DNA of 61,462 nt, the filler included, from Choristocarpus tenellus KU-1152 (taxonomy: Eukaryota; Protista; Phaeophyceae): the NCBI GenBank assembly GCA_964200185.2. It is 12 parts of 12 records of this genome, joined end to end, with 100 filler letters (N's around TTAATTAATTAA, not from the genome) between each part and the next. Parts side by side here need not be neighbours in the genome. Positions count along the whole stretch, not along the records: positions 16,635 to 26,742 come from CAXNAD020003148.1; positions 26,843 to 35,718 come from CAXNAD020004234.1; positions 35,819 to 38,351 come from CAXNAD020026997.1; positions 38,452 to 42,138 come from CAXNAD020018523.1; 8 more parts are not named here. One strand, 5' to 3'. The notes under the pieces were generated by a model. That model was not told the DNA's origin and made no database searches. It saw nothing but the letters and a program-made list of their open reading frames with translations. The position numbers were made by a program, and so were the translations under genes. Shown in pieces: positions 26,469-38,639 of this stretch. Every line of letters starts with the position of its first letter. The first letter of the stretch is position 1.

Positions 26469-28817
26469 GTATGTTCTGTTGTTGTTTGTCGCTCGTGCAC
26501 GCCTTCCTACCGTAGGAGACTCTTACCACTCGTTTCTCGTACCACACAGTCTCAGCCCTGAGGCGAGACTCTTACCTCCACATACATGTACAGGGTGACC
26601 TTTGTATCGGGTTAGGGTTAGGGTTAGGGATGCCCCTTCTCTGCGTATCGGAAAGACTTTTATCATTACATGTATGTAGCATTATGTGAATATGAATGCC
26701 TAGAAGTAGCTAGCAACTCCGGGGTCAAAGTATCTGGGGGGGNNNNNNNNNNNNNNNNNNNNNNNNNNNNNNNNNNNNNNNNNNNNTTAATTAATTAANN
26801 NNNNNNNNNNNNNNNNNNNNNNNNNNNNNNNNNNNNNNNNNNAATTGACCCCAAATGGACAGACGCCACCCCCCCCCCAGATACTTTGAGCCATAAATCT
26901 TGCCTGACTGAAGCAGAATTCTCATTTAACCCATACTGGTTTGGAGGAGCATATACAGGAGCATATTTGTTCACCTTGAGTAGCGACAATTGCCAGGGGA
27001 AAGTAAACTAGACGTTGACCAGAACAAGGAATTCTTAGTAAAGCACATGGTGTACATGTCTGAGCATGATTTGGCGATAATATTGACATTTTGATTCTAA
27101 GGCAATCTTCGTAGAGAGCAATGGACAGCATGCCAGCCACTATCATTCCCCACTTCTAGAGGAGGATAAACTTGAAGAGAGGATTGAGACCTCTCCATGG
27201 TCTGCATTACCACAAGAGGCGGCACTCAACCAATCACAATGAGATAGACGGGTCGACTCTTCTGTTTTGAGCTCCGTTAAAAGTTGACTCACCTCTCCCA
27301 ATCCGAACCATTGTTGGAGGACCCAGAAGGTCTCAACCAGGTCACTGTTTGAAAGAGTTGAGGAGTAACATCGCATTACTTTGCAATATATACTCCTCTA
27401 TCCCATAAGTCTGTATTGTGGTTTTTGTGAATACCTTTTTCAAATGTGAGATTCAGAAAAAAAAATATATAGTATCCTTTGAAAGCCAAAACCTTCGGCT
27501 TGCACATAGATATCTTCAAGATATTTTTCCATTTCAAAATGGTCCGAGAAACCGACCCCTGAACAGAAATGTTTTGTTTTGTTTTTTCGGAAATGGTAGA
27601 TTTAGCAAAAACAACAAAATCGGTAAAAAAAATGGCTGGCAATGACATGACCAAAATGTCAGTGGGCATACAATACCATTTCAAGTATAGATTTTGATTA
27701 ATCCTTGTTCAATCTACGTACACTATTCAGTAACTGATAAAACAATCACTCGATCAATCAACAGTCCATTTACATTCATTTCTCCTCCAAAAAGTGCTCT
27801 TTCATGGGAGGTCGTCTGATTGAATTCTACTGACTGAGTTCACCCTGCCATCTACCCCCCACCAGCCCACCCTTTCAAATTGGTTACTTCCTCTACTCAA
27901 TGGCATGTTGACAGGCAGTACTAATGGTGGAGTCTTGATTGGTAACACCGATTGATGATGCCATCTAATGGCACATGTTTTCAAAGACCCTACCACCACC
28001 CTCCCCCACATACTGTTGGAAAAACCAAATCACCACACAAACAGTAGCTATTACTAAGGCATACTTAACAAGAAAGAAGACTCATAAGCTTTTCGTGTAA
28101 CTATCCCTGTGACAGTTACACAACATCCACAACTCACAAAAAAACAAATAATCAACAGTCACTCACATGACAAAAAAATATATATGCACCTAGAGGGCCC
28201 ACACCGGGCCACCCAAAAGAGTGATGCCAAACTCAGCTGATCGATTCTGTCCATCAAGTGTGTCTACTCCAGAGAGTACTTACATAATCGAGGGCGTCAG
28301 AATGGCACACTATACGGTCAACAATAAACAAACACATCCCAACACAGCAAGCACCACACTAGGTACATCCCAACACATCAAGAACGTACTCTGCCCGTTA
28401 AAGCAAGCAACAGGTGATCTGCGGTGAACTGAATTGCTCTTCCCTACCATGTACTCCAGAGTACATGTTCTCTTGAAGTACACCACTCAACCCTAACCCT
28501 TCAGAGTAAAAAAAACAAAATAAACACACACACAGACACGGAGTGCACAAACGGGAGCCAGGGACACAATAACCGCCTTCCAAAAACAAAAAAAAGACAT
28601 CTAACAGGGCGGCCCATCCTCTCTCCTCCCCCTCCTCCCTCTCTCCTCGCACTCTCTCACAACTTACTCCGCATCACACACCCCACCAGCTCAGACACCA
28701 ATCTCTGTAGAGAGTGGGACCCCCCACTCGCCCAATCAAAACTCTTTGCTGGCCATATTGAAGACTCCCCCGCACGTGGCAGCAGAACATCAGAAGCCAA
28801 GTCTGCCATCTCTCACA

Positions 28818-31800
28818 TCACGATCCCTCCTCAGCATTTCCCCCCTTCTTGCAGATGTATATGTAGTGAACACTGTTGCTGTCCTTGGTGTCAGGCACAG
28901 CTGCCGCAGAAATTGTTGGCTTGGGAATGGACTGAACAGTCACAGTCCAGCTGTAATCGTCATTCTGAAGGTACTGTTGTCCACAAATGCAGTCAGTCAG
29001 TCGTTCATGGGGTGGGTGTCAATGAGAGCCCAAAATATGGAGAGAGAGATTCCATGCACCAACGCAGTCTACATCAGCAGATCCAGGGCACGCACAATAA
29101 CAATACTACAAAAAATAAGATGTAACAATAATAATATGTCACAATAACAATACTACTAATAATAAGATGTAACAATAATAATATGTCACAATAACAATAC
29201 TACTACTAATAATAAGATGTAACAATAATAATATGTAACGATACATCTTGTAACGTCATGGTAGACAAAACACGCACACACACGCGCGCGAGCGCGCACA
29301 CTCACACACACACAGACGGCCAAGCTCTTTCTACTGACAAGTTTCTTCTTACCCCCATGGACGCCCTACACCGGCTATATATCTATATCTATATCTATAT
29401 ATCTAACACAATCACGGGACTATTTAACACGGGTACTTTTTTTTTAAAATCACGGGACTATTTAACACGGGTACTTTTTTTTTAAAGTACGTACAGGGGT
29501 TTCCTGTTACGGTCTGGAGCATCACATTGAATACTGTCACATTAAATACTGTCCCATTGAATACTGTCCCATTAAATACTGTCCCATTAAATACTGTCAC
29601 ATTAAATACTGTCACATCGCATGCATGGTACAAAAGAACGAATATCTAACTGATCTAACCTGAAGCCTGTCATCCGGTACACCATACGAACAGATGAAGT
29701 ACACTCCGTTTGGCTTGAGTACCCTTGAAATCTCCATACACATCTTAGCTACATTGGCCGTCGATCCCTCCCCGCATAGCACAGAGTCTAGGGTGCCTTT
29801 GTCTATGACGGAGTTGAAGGATTGATCAGGGTAGTCCAGGGCACAGACGTTCATTCTCTGCCAAATTAGAGCCGGTTTGTCCCTGCCGAGAGTAGAGGTA
29901 GCAGCAGTCGGGTAGATAGGTGCAACGGAACCAGGAAAAAAAATAAAATAGAGAGGACACATTTAAGGACATGCATGTACTTTTGAAGAACACGCTGAGA
30001 GTGCATGCAACCCTGGGGCTAGGGTTCCTTGAAATGCCTTGGGACAGAATGTTTCGTATATCTTTGCCTTGTTTTGTTTTGAGAACAACGCCTTCTGGAA
30101 GCTAAAGTGGGTGTCTTGACATCATGCGTATACAAGGTATGAGTGGTGCACCAATAAAATACACGCATAAAAACATAATATAAAACATAAAAAAAAATAA
30201 GTTCATTCGTTTTGTTCTCAAACATTGCAAAGGGTCACGCTATTGCCAAGCTTGAAGAGTAGCAAACATAGATAGATCTACATCGTGTCACATTTGGCAC
30301 TCAACGCCTTACAGGGAGTAGAAAAAGAAGCACTACAGTGTGAACGAGCATCAGGACTTTTTGGGGGGGGGCGGGATTCTCTTAGGGCTCTCCCCACATC
30401 AGTCAGAGCAACAGATTGGACCAAACTCCAACACTCCAACACAAACAGCGCTCATTGCAAAGGCGTACACCCAACAGCATACATACCGTACTACACAGAA
30501 CCCTAACCCTAACCCTAACCCTAACCCAACAGCACGCAGTTTCAAAGCACACACAATGAGCACTCCGAATTCGCCAGTGCATCGGATCATCCAGGGGTCA
30601 ATCCCAGGACTAACACATGTGCGGTGATTAGCAGAGCACAAAGGGCGACTGTTGCCAGGCCTCCTTGCAGGGGTTGCAACCCATGATACACCATATGGTA
30701 CAGAAGACAACATCGTTCACATGAGGGTAGGTGGTGCTGATAATGGAAACGGCTCTATCGCATGCAGTGACAGTTACTACTGTTCACAGGGGTACTACAC
30801 ACCCAGAAAAAAAAAAGAGGTGAAACCGAGAGTGTGCCCGATCGAGATAATCAAATGTGGGCAGAAAAACGTTGGCCAAGCACAATTGAGACGTTTTTGC
30901 CCTCCGCTTTTGTAGTAGTGGAATATATGCACAAGTACTCGCAGACCTCTACCCTGACAAGTAACCTAGATGAACAGAGAGATTTGATTGACCCTCATCA
31001 TCCATTTCCGTTACTAAGGACTCAGGAGTAGTGATTCTACATCACCAACCAGAGCGACATTTTTTTTGTTTATTTTTTGGGGGGGGGGAAATAACTGTTT
31101 CAGGTAGGGGCATCCCTTACCATTCGCAACACATTGCGTGGTAGGTATGTTGTAGTGTGTTCTATGAATTACATACAGGTATCAAATTGCACTGTTTAAT
31201 GTGTGTCTTCTAAAGGGAGGCGGCTAAGTTTGGGGTGAGGGTTGCGTGTAAAACTCTATTTCTTTGTTTAAGCCACAAATATGTTTTCTCACACTGATAA
31301 TCAGCAATTGTAAGTGCATCTGGGAGGAATCAGGTTAGCCTCGGGTCAAGGGTCTAGCCCTAAACATGGAGATGGGTAAGATGTCTGCAGGAAGGGGGAA
31401 AAAGGGGTTGAGGTTCACACAGTCGAACCAAGAGGCAAAGGTCTTACCTAGAAGATGAATTATTTTATTGTTCGCCGATATAATATTTTCTCCTGTCTAT
31501 AACGTTACTTACAGGAATCTAATTGTACCACAGAATTGGAACGCAATGCAACACAAAAATACACCCCCATCCGACCAAAGGGGTATCATCTGTTATCAGA
31601 TGCTATATTGCTACTATAACATCCCAGAAGACTTGAGCGACCTTTGGTACCAGAGAACAGGTGTTCTTCCGTTGATCTGTTGAGCTCAGTGACCTCACAC
31701 AAGTCCACCGACAAACTTTCGACCTCCGAAAAAGTCGTGCTGAGACGGGCAGATTTAGCCTGGTAAATAATATGATGCGCAATTTGAACAGTATTGCTCA

Positions 31801-32358
31801 CATATAAAGTATCTGTCGGTTTACCTACAGCGCTCGATCATCTGTTCCGTGCACACCCTGGAGATGTCGATATTCGTCAGGTTGGCGAAGCCATTATCGT
31901 ACATGTCCTCAGTCAGCCGAGAGTTGCCAGCTCCTACCATGAGGATGTTGTCGTCCTTGCGAATAAATTGCGCTATCCAGTCCTTCAGACCGGAGTATCG
32001 CTGTGTAAGGCGAGAAAAAAAATGTTGTCACAAGCGCAACAGGAGGGGTGGGGCGCATGGCTGTTGGTACACATTCCCTGCATTCTTGTGGTATTTACTG
32101 GGTAAAAATGCTTGAATGATGCCTTCTCAGTTAAACATGAAAGAGGATTTTAACTTCATAACTGAGCAGGTGACGAAAAAAAGCGTATGAAATTCAGATT
32201 TATTGTGAAGTTATGGCATGATGAGGTGGAAACCCAGGCCTGGTCCCATCAGTGAGGACAGTTTGGTGAGTAGTGGGTCTGACCTGATACCAGTCGAATG
32301 GCTCTGGGTCCTTGGTGTACCGGTCATCCCAGTAAGAAGTTTTTCCATACTGTGCCAT
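28818..32358 (-). CDS. Complete class I SAM-dependent methyltransferase, EEF1AKMT4/ECE2-N/METTL13-N-like, 209 aa; exons 32358-32284, 32000-31825, 29882-29660, 28973-28818
   Basis: MAQYGKTSYWDDRY..FDWYQRY; motif I ILMVGAGNSRL; NIDIS; VIDKGTLDSVLCG; EISRVLKPNGVYF; HYIYICKK..stop. All introns are GT-AG with consistent phases. Confidence 0.93.
29116..29616. repeat. Intronic minisatellite cluster: ~47-50-bp x2.5 (29116-29237), 38-bp x2 (29410-29486), 15-bp x6 (29523-29616)
   Basis: Units TAAGATGTAACAATAATAATATGTCAC.., AATCACGGGACTATTTAACACGGGTACTTTTTTTTTAA and C(A/C)CATT(A/G)AATACTGT. Confidence 0.9.
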
Positions 32359-32618
32359 GGTTGATGGATACTGCGTTGAATGCAAGGTTGAGGGCCAGGG
32401 GTCCTCTCAAAACTATCTGTCTATCCTGACTCTGGCTCTCTTTCCTAAAGAAGTTGTGAAACCGAACGCAACGCCTCTTAGGTGAGTATTCTAGATCTAC
32501 TATCACCTTCTAAGGTCCTTCCTTATATGGGGTGTTGTTGTTAGTCTTTTCTGTGACCACTACCCACGAACCAGAGCAGGATACTAGGAGGTGTAGCCTT
32601 ATCACGGTAGAAACAGCA
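32359..32618. promoter_or_regulatory. Probable bidirectional promoter region
   Basis: Only 260 bp separate the divergent start codons of the methyltransferase (32358) and the Hsp70-like gene (32619), in an otherwise gene-sparse region. Confidence 0.55.
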
Positions 32619-34559
32619 ATGGCAAACATGGTGGAGGAGATAACCGGCCTAGGGATAGATCTCGGAGGAGCCAAGACCGTCATGGTGCTCGGCGACGGTG
32701 AGTCGAACTACGCTTCTCCAAAGGATTCACAGTGTGGTTACGACTTATTCGCACCTCTACTATTCGTGTCATGCTCTTCACTTTGATGAAATGTAACCTG
32801 GGTGGTGCGTCACACCTAGAACTGCTAGTCCCATGTTGAGAACAGTTTAATCAAAGGCTGGAACTCGATCCCTGTCGCGAGGAACCGCAGGTGAGCTCGT
32901 CCGCAACGAGCTCGGAGGACACAAGACCGCAACCCTGGTTTCTTTCAAGCCTCGTGAGCGCCTCATAGGAGAGGCTGCGGTGAGCCAGGTAACTGCAAGC
33001 CCAGGAAGCACTATGAGTGCTGTTCATCGCATGGCTGGTTCATCGTATAGGTGAGAAATGGCTATGTGGGGGTCTTGCCTACATCATAACATCGTCGATT
33101 TCTTGTGCCCTGACCACCTGGAAGTAATTGGATGGTCTTGCAATTACTTGAAAATCCTCGATGTCGAAGAGGTGTATACCACCATTTGCCTGACCATCCA
33201 CTAAATTGGAACTGGTGCTGCGCTTATCGATACGACAGTGATTGGTGTAAAAGCGCATTCACCGGGCACTTGGCCTTCAAGCACACAAAGGCACCGGAGG
33301 AGGTTGGTGGGGTGGTTGCCACAGTCGAGCGGGAGGGGGGCATGGAGAGCTTCACAGGGACAGAGCTAGTGGCAATGTGAGATCGAGGGGATGCAGTAGT
33401 AGTCCTTTCTCGGTTGGCTGGAGTCCTTGCGATCACTGGAGTCTCCCAGCGTATTTTCTACCAATCTCTCAATTACCTCTTTCATTGTGGGGGTTGTAAG
33501 TTGTTTGCTTGGTTGTTTGGGCTCGTGTCTTGCTTTGCCTTGTCCCTCGACTTCGTTGCACTGCACTGTTAGGTCCGCACATCCCCATCCCCATCGCCTG
33601 CCATCTCTGCCCCCTTCGTAGTATTTCACAATTCAAGCCTAAGACATACTCCTTGTTCAAGCAGGCTTCTGGCTAAGCTGCGCTCATGCACAGTTGCGAA
33701 GGTCGGTGAGGCAAAGAAAGTTGATCTGGCGTGTCTTTCTGTTCCCCCTTCGGCACCCATTGCCCACAAGAGGGCTTTGTTGGATGCGGCAAGGGTGGCA
33801 GGATTCTCGCAAGCCAAGGTGAACATAGACGAGAGAAAGTATCTTAGAGGGTACGATTTTTTCCCTGTTTGTCCATTTGGGGCTTGGCTCCCTACAGGTT
33901 TCTTATGACATTTTCCTACTCCAGAATGTTTCAGAGTATGTAAAATGTGTACGTTATGAAAAGGTTTGTCCAGCGTAAGGATACTGACACTACCTAACAA
34001 ACACGATGGCAAAAATTGCATAAAAATTGCAACATTGGATTTTGGCCTCCAAACGGACGTGACTCTACCCTCAAAGATACTTCGACTCAGACAGCGCATT
34101 GAAATGCCACTATATATGTCTCACTATATATATATAGATGCTTGACTTATTTATCAAAGGGCACATGTCTCAACCTTGAGTGGAAACGTACCATCACGCA
34201 TGCCAAAGAGTAAAGAGCAAGTACTCCAAGAGGGCATAGTTGTTGTGGGCAGATCACTGTCAGGGACATTCAGTGGCATAAAGCACTGTATATCCCTATA
34301 CCTAGCCCTATCCCAGCACTCAACACTGCGGCAGAGTAGCTGAGAGAGTAGTAGCTGAGACAGGCCTGCTTGCATGTGTGCAAATAGATGGAACGGACTT
34401 AACTTTCCTGTGGCTGAATGTATATTACTTCTCCTACCTCCTCCTCCTCCTCCTCCTCCTCCTCCTCTGCAGGCAGAACAGCCCAACAACACATGTTTTC
34501 ACGGCCCTACTCTGTTCATTACACAGAATGTACCCACAAGCTTCGTTAACAAACATACA

Positions 34560-34611
<52 letters not shown>

Positions 34612-34944
34612 ACAATGGCCATGCAGGTATTTCCAGGTCCGGAGTGCTTATGTGCAGTGTACGCTCAGAAACACCCCGTGTCGCCTGAGTCTGAGTCACG
34701 AACAGTTCTCATGGTGGACATGGGATGTCTCCAGACAACTGTAGCCATGGCACGATTCAAACATGCCCCAGTTGGAGGTTCCTCCAACGCCACAGATGAG
34801 GCACTGCCGTTGTCATCAGCGAATGGAGTTGGTAAGGGGAAGGGAGGGGGATGCACTGAATGGGAGGTTCTCGCCTGGAAGTGCTCTGAGAGCATGGGCG
34901 CATTTGACTTTGACCAGGAGATTTTTTCTCACTTCAGGGATGTG
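32619..34944 (+). CDS. Hsp70-superfamily (Hsp110/HSPA4-like, atypical) protein, N-terminal NBD exons 32619-32697, 32891-33050, 33239-33376, 33665-33818, 34627-34944; truncated by gap
   Basis: GLGIDLGG; VRNELGGHKTATLVSFKPRERLIGEAA; ELVAMLLAKL; LSVPP..KRALLDAARVAG; VLMVDMG..TTV; MGAFDFDQEI. Exon phases (1,2,2,0) are consistent. Confidence 0.88.
33831..34088 (-). mobile_element. MITE family A copy in an Hsp70-like intron
   Basis: Full TIRs and a 4-bp TSD AGAC; lies 12 nt after the exon donor. Confidence 0.9.
34432..34610. repeat. Microsatellites (CCT)n 34432-34467 and (CA)n 34563-34610; also (TGTC)n at 57857-57933
   Basis: Directly visible. Confidence 0.95.
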
Positions 34945-35818
34945 GTGAGAACCTGTTGCCAGCTTCCTTGTGGGCTAGATGCTAATGCCGATGTCCTTGT
35001 GTTGTCAACAGACTGTCTTTGTACCGTTTGCCGATTTTTTTTAATCGTGTGTATTTTGTTGGGTATTTATTGATGGATATTTATTGAGGGGTTTTTGTAA
35101 ACCTACTTCCAGAGTATGCTACTTTGTGTGTTCATGTTGTGATGTATTATGTTGGGTTGGCTTTGGTCCGTTTTACATGCCTTGAGCTTTAGTTCTTGCA
35201 CTTAACATGTATTGATGATGCATTAATAGAATTAATAAGAGCTGGGTTCAGCCCCAACCCTTACACATTCTAGGCAGGATGTTGTATGGGGGTTTTCAAA
35301 GTCCGTGAAATGAACTGCTTCAAAGGGGATGTTGTAAGGGGATTCCATAAATTTTATCTGGAGAGAAGAGGGAGTGTGGTCCATAGTGACAGTACATGGC
35401 AGTCTCAACGTAAGGATTAGGGTTATTATATCTATTCCAATCTCAAAAGTTCTAGTAGCTCGTTGGCAACTGATAGGTGTCTGTCTGGTGGGCAATATAT
35501 ACAACATATTCATTCGATATGATGGAAGGCTTTATCGCCATTGTCACGAATAGGTTGGTCAAGTCTTAGGATGGATCTTGAAACAAGGAAATATTTTCTC
35601 TAATAATATTTGGGGGGGGGGGGGGGGGGGGCAAGGGGCACAAAGAGAGGGGAAGGGGAAACGCCTGAAACCCCGCCCCCCAACCACCCCATTTGCCGCT
35701 TTCTCGTTAAAAAAAAAANNNNNNNNNNNNNNNNNNNNNNNNNNNNNNNNNNNNNNNNNNNNTTAATTAATTAANNNNNNNNNNNNNNNNNNNNNNNNNN
35801 NNNNNNNNNNNNNNNNNN

Positions 35819-38351
35819 GCTATTACCAGTGGTTATGCCCATGTTAATCGCCTGCAGGTCTTTAAATCTCGCCACCACCATTTTCTCCACATCCTGCACC
35901 GTCTTGGTCTCCCCGTAGTCTATGAAGCTCTTGACTTGGGAGAAATTCTCCCCCAGCTTGTTGAGGATAGTAGCTACCTTCGTCTCTTCTGTGATGACCT
36001 CGCCCATTGACTCCAGTCTCGTAATGAGTCGCGAATATTCTGTAAGACCTGGAGATGGATCCTTCCTGTCATCAAACGTCAGACGATCAAGCTCCTGGCG
36101 TACACATCTAGCCTCCTGACGGGTCTTTGGCATAAACGCCGCATCAAGGGCGCGCCACCCTGCGCTCGGAGACCCAGGTTAAATAAATATTTGCAGGGCT
36201 CGGTCTTGTAGCATTAACAGCATCAGTTGCCATGCCTTTCTCGCCCTCTTAGTTGCCAATCGGAGCGCCGAGTTGCCGTCCACATCAGGAACAGGTACTG
36301 TTGGAGGTCGCTCCACATCTTCGTCTTCATCACTTTGCGAATTTAATGATTCGGTGTCCACTGCCCAGATGGGCCCCTCGCAGATAATGTCAGGTACGTG
36401 AAGAGCTGTCACACAGTCATGAACTCCGAGCGTGGCCTGGGCCCTCACAGCAAAGGAGTAGAAGTCTTCGCCCAGCTTCCCGGCAAACGTGGGGAGTGGT
36501 GTGATCTTGGCAGCATTCATGGCAGATGTCCTGTATACAATAACTTGCTCACTACTAGTCTTGTCGCTTCGCACAACGTCTCAGGAATATTCGGTTCGCT
36601 ACGTAGCGTGTTGAACTATCCCACACTCGACCCGCGGCTTTTATGGTGCTTTAATGAAGGACAAAGAACAGCTCGATATAGATGAGTAAGGTTAATATTA
36701 CAAGGGTTCTGTGATCTCGATTCCGCTGACTGAGAAGGTAGGTTAGACCAGTGCAGCCTACCATGTGGGATTTGCAACGTCCACATGGATAATCAGAAAA
36801 GAATCATATCTACTTATCACACGTGCCATACATGATATATCAACTGATGATCAAGTATCAGGTCCGTACCATACATGAACTACCATACATAAACCTTGTG
36901 TAGAGTCCAACTGAAATATACGGAAATATATATCTGGCTCTACCTTTCCTCCATTACTCCACTAGTGGTGTCTGGATTTCCTAATCTACTCCACCGATGG
37001 TATCTATAGTGTATCAGCAGCACTATCTACGAGCACTCTCCCTTGCTGCGCATACACTATACACCCTTAGAATCTACTTCTCGAAAACTTGAAGAAAGAA
37101 ACAATCTCTTGCTAACTCTCTCAAAAACAATGCAGTAAATATACCCTAATATCAATGTTGACATTGGGTCGGTGTAGGTACAAAATCTCAGTTGTCAATT
37201 CTAAACCTTTATCCTACTGCAGCCTCCCGTGGAAACATTATGGGGTACTTTCTCCTGCAAGTCCTTAGCGATGTCCCATTGCGTCTCCCACAATCCACGA
37301 AATGGCAAGGTGCTTAGCAATACATCCAGCGTCTCCTACAATCGACGAAACTTCCCTAGTACATCACCGCTACAAATCTTCGGAACAAAGTAATATGGTG
37401 GAACTGTCACTTCCTACCTATCCTATCACAATCTCTACGAACACATCCTGGGGTGTTTTCTACTGCGGGTCCTTAGCGATGTCCCATTGCGTCTCCCACA
37501 ATCCATGAAATGGCTGGGTCCTTAGTAATACACCCAGCGTCTCCCACGATCCTGGAAATATCCCTAGTGTCACGCCTAAAGTGAATCTTTGGAAAAAGTA
37601 GTACTACACAATCGACGTATCACTGAAATACCATACACACAAACACGAGTAAAGCCTCTCCCTGACTTTAATAGTTCTTCTATCTAAAGTCAGTCTGCAT
37701 AAAACATCACAGCTGTCACTCGACTACTGTGGGTATGAATCAAAAGACATAAGAGATGGGGGACAAAATCAAATTAAAACATTTAGAAAGACAAACACAA
37801 AAGAAGACAGTCATAGGGAATAACGATCAGATTCACCAAAATAAGAGCCGATGAACCCTTCTAACCTTTCAATCCTATCAGCAAGATCTTCTTGCTTGGA
37901 TGACGGAGGTGAAGCTTTCGACACCATATTGGCATACCTATCCCCTCTTCTTGGGGGTTTCCTGGTCTTCTCCCTTGCCCGAAGGGTCAGGGGACATTCA
38001 TCATAGTCATATCCTATCCCCCTGCACCTTGGACATCATCCATCACGGTCTTCATCTTCCCCAATTCTTGGAGAGGCACCTGCGTGTCGTCCCCAGTCCA
38101 GGTTAGGGCAGTCACCTCTCACGTGACCATCTCTGCCACGCAAGTAACAGACTATGCGCCCCTTCCCGCGACCCTTTCTGCCTGAAGATTTCTTTCCCGC
38201 ACTAGCAATCAAAGGATGGCTATTACCAGTGGTTATGCCCATGTTAATCGCCTGCAGGTCTTTAAATCTCGCCACCACCATTTTCTCCACATCCTGCACC
38301 GTCTTGGTCTCCCCGTAGTCTATGAAGATCTTGACTTGGGAGAAATTCTCC
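35819..38351 (-). mobile_element. Non-autonomous gag-only Ty1/Copia LTR element, 2,400-bp unit in head-to-tail (permuted) arrangement
   Basis: UBN2-type gag (MNAAKITPLPTFAG..DFYSF..GWRALDAAF..RQELDRL..ILNKLGENF) at ~36520-35819, continuing at 38351-38036 to a degenerate zinc knuckle CYLRGRDGHVRGDC. One LTR at 36609-37035 has a PPT on one side and gag on the other. 35819-35951 repeats at 38219-38351. Confidence 0.88.
36609..37035 (-). repeat. LTR (427 bp, TG...CA) with adjacent polypurine tract AAGGGAGAG
   Basis: Termini TGTTG../..GAGCA. Homologous along its length to the solo LTR at 55477-55885. PPT at 37036-37044 on the minus strand. Confidence 0.88.
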
Positions 38352-38639
38352 NNNNNNNNNNNNNNNNNNNNNNNNNNNNNNNNNNNNNNNNNNNNTTAAT
38401 TAATTAANNNNNNNNNNNNNNNNNNNNNNNNNNNNNNNNNNNNNNNNNNNNCCAAAATATTTCCAAAAAAAGGACATATCCCGGGCCCTTCCAAGTGCAA
38501 AAACAGTTGCAAAAAAAAACCTTTCGGTACTTTTTCAAGACTGTTCTCGCAGAACAACCATCCTCATAGCCCCGCTCCATCCTCAATTTTTAAAATCCAC
38601 TGTTTATGGTTGATAAAATTGTGATGGATGGGGAGTAAT

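Noticed and set aside
29410-29616. 38-bp and 15-bp direct repeats as a CRISPR-like array
   Set aside because: Units are contiguous with no unique spacers, lie in a eukaryotic intron and have no cas genes nearby; simple minisatellites.
34378-34626. His-Thr repeat and poly-Leu N-terminus of the 231-aa ORF
   Set aside because: Translation of intronic (CCT)n and (CA)n microsatellites upstream of the true acceptor at 34626.
1398-34944. DnaJ plus Hsp70 chaperone cluster, and IFT57 plus CFAP161 flagellar cluster
   Set aside because: The genes are on different contigs separated by artificial linkers, so adjacency is unproven.
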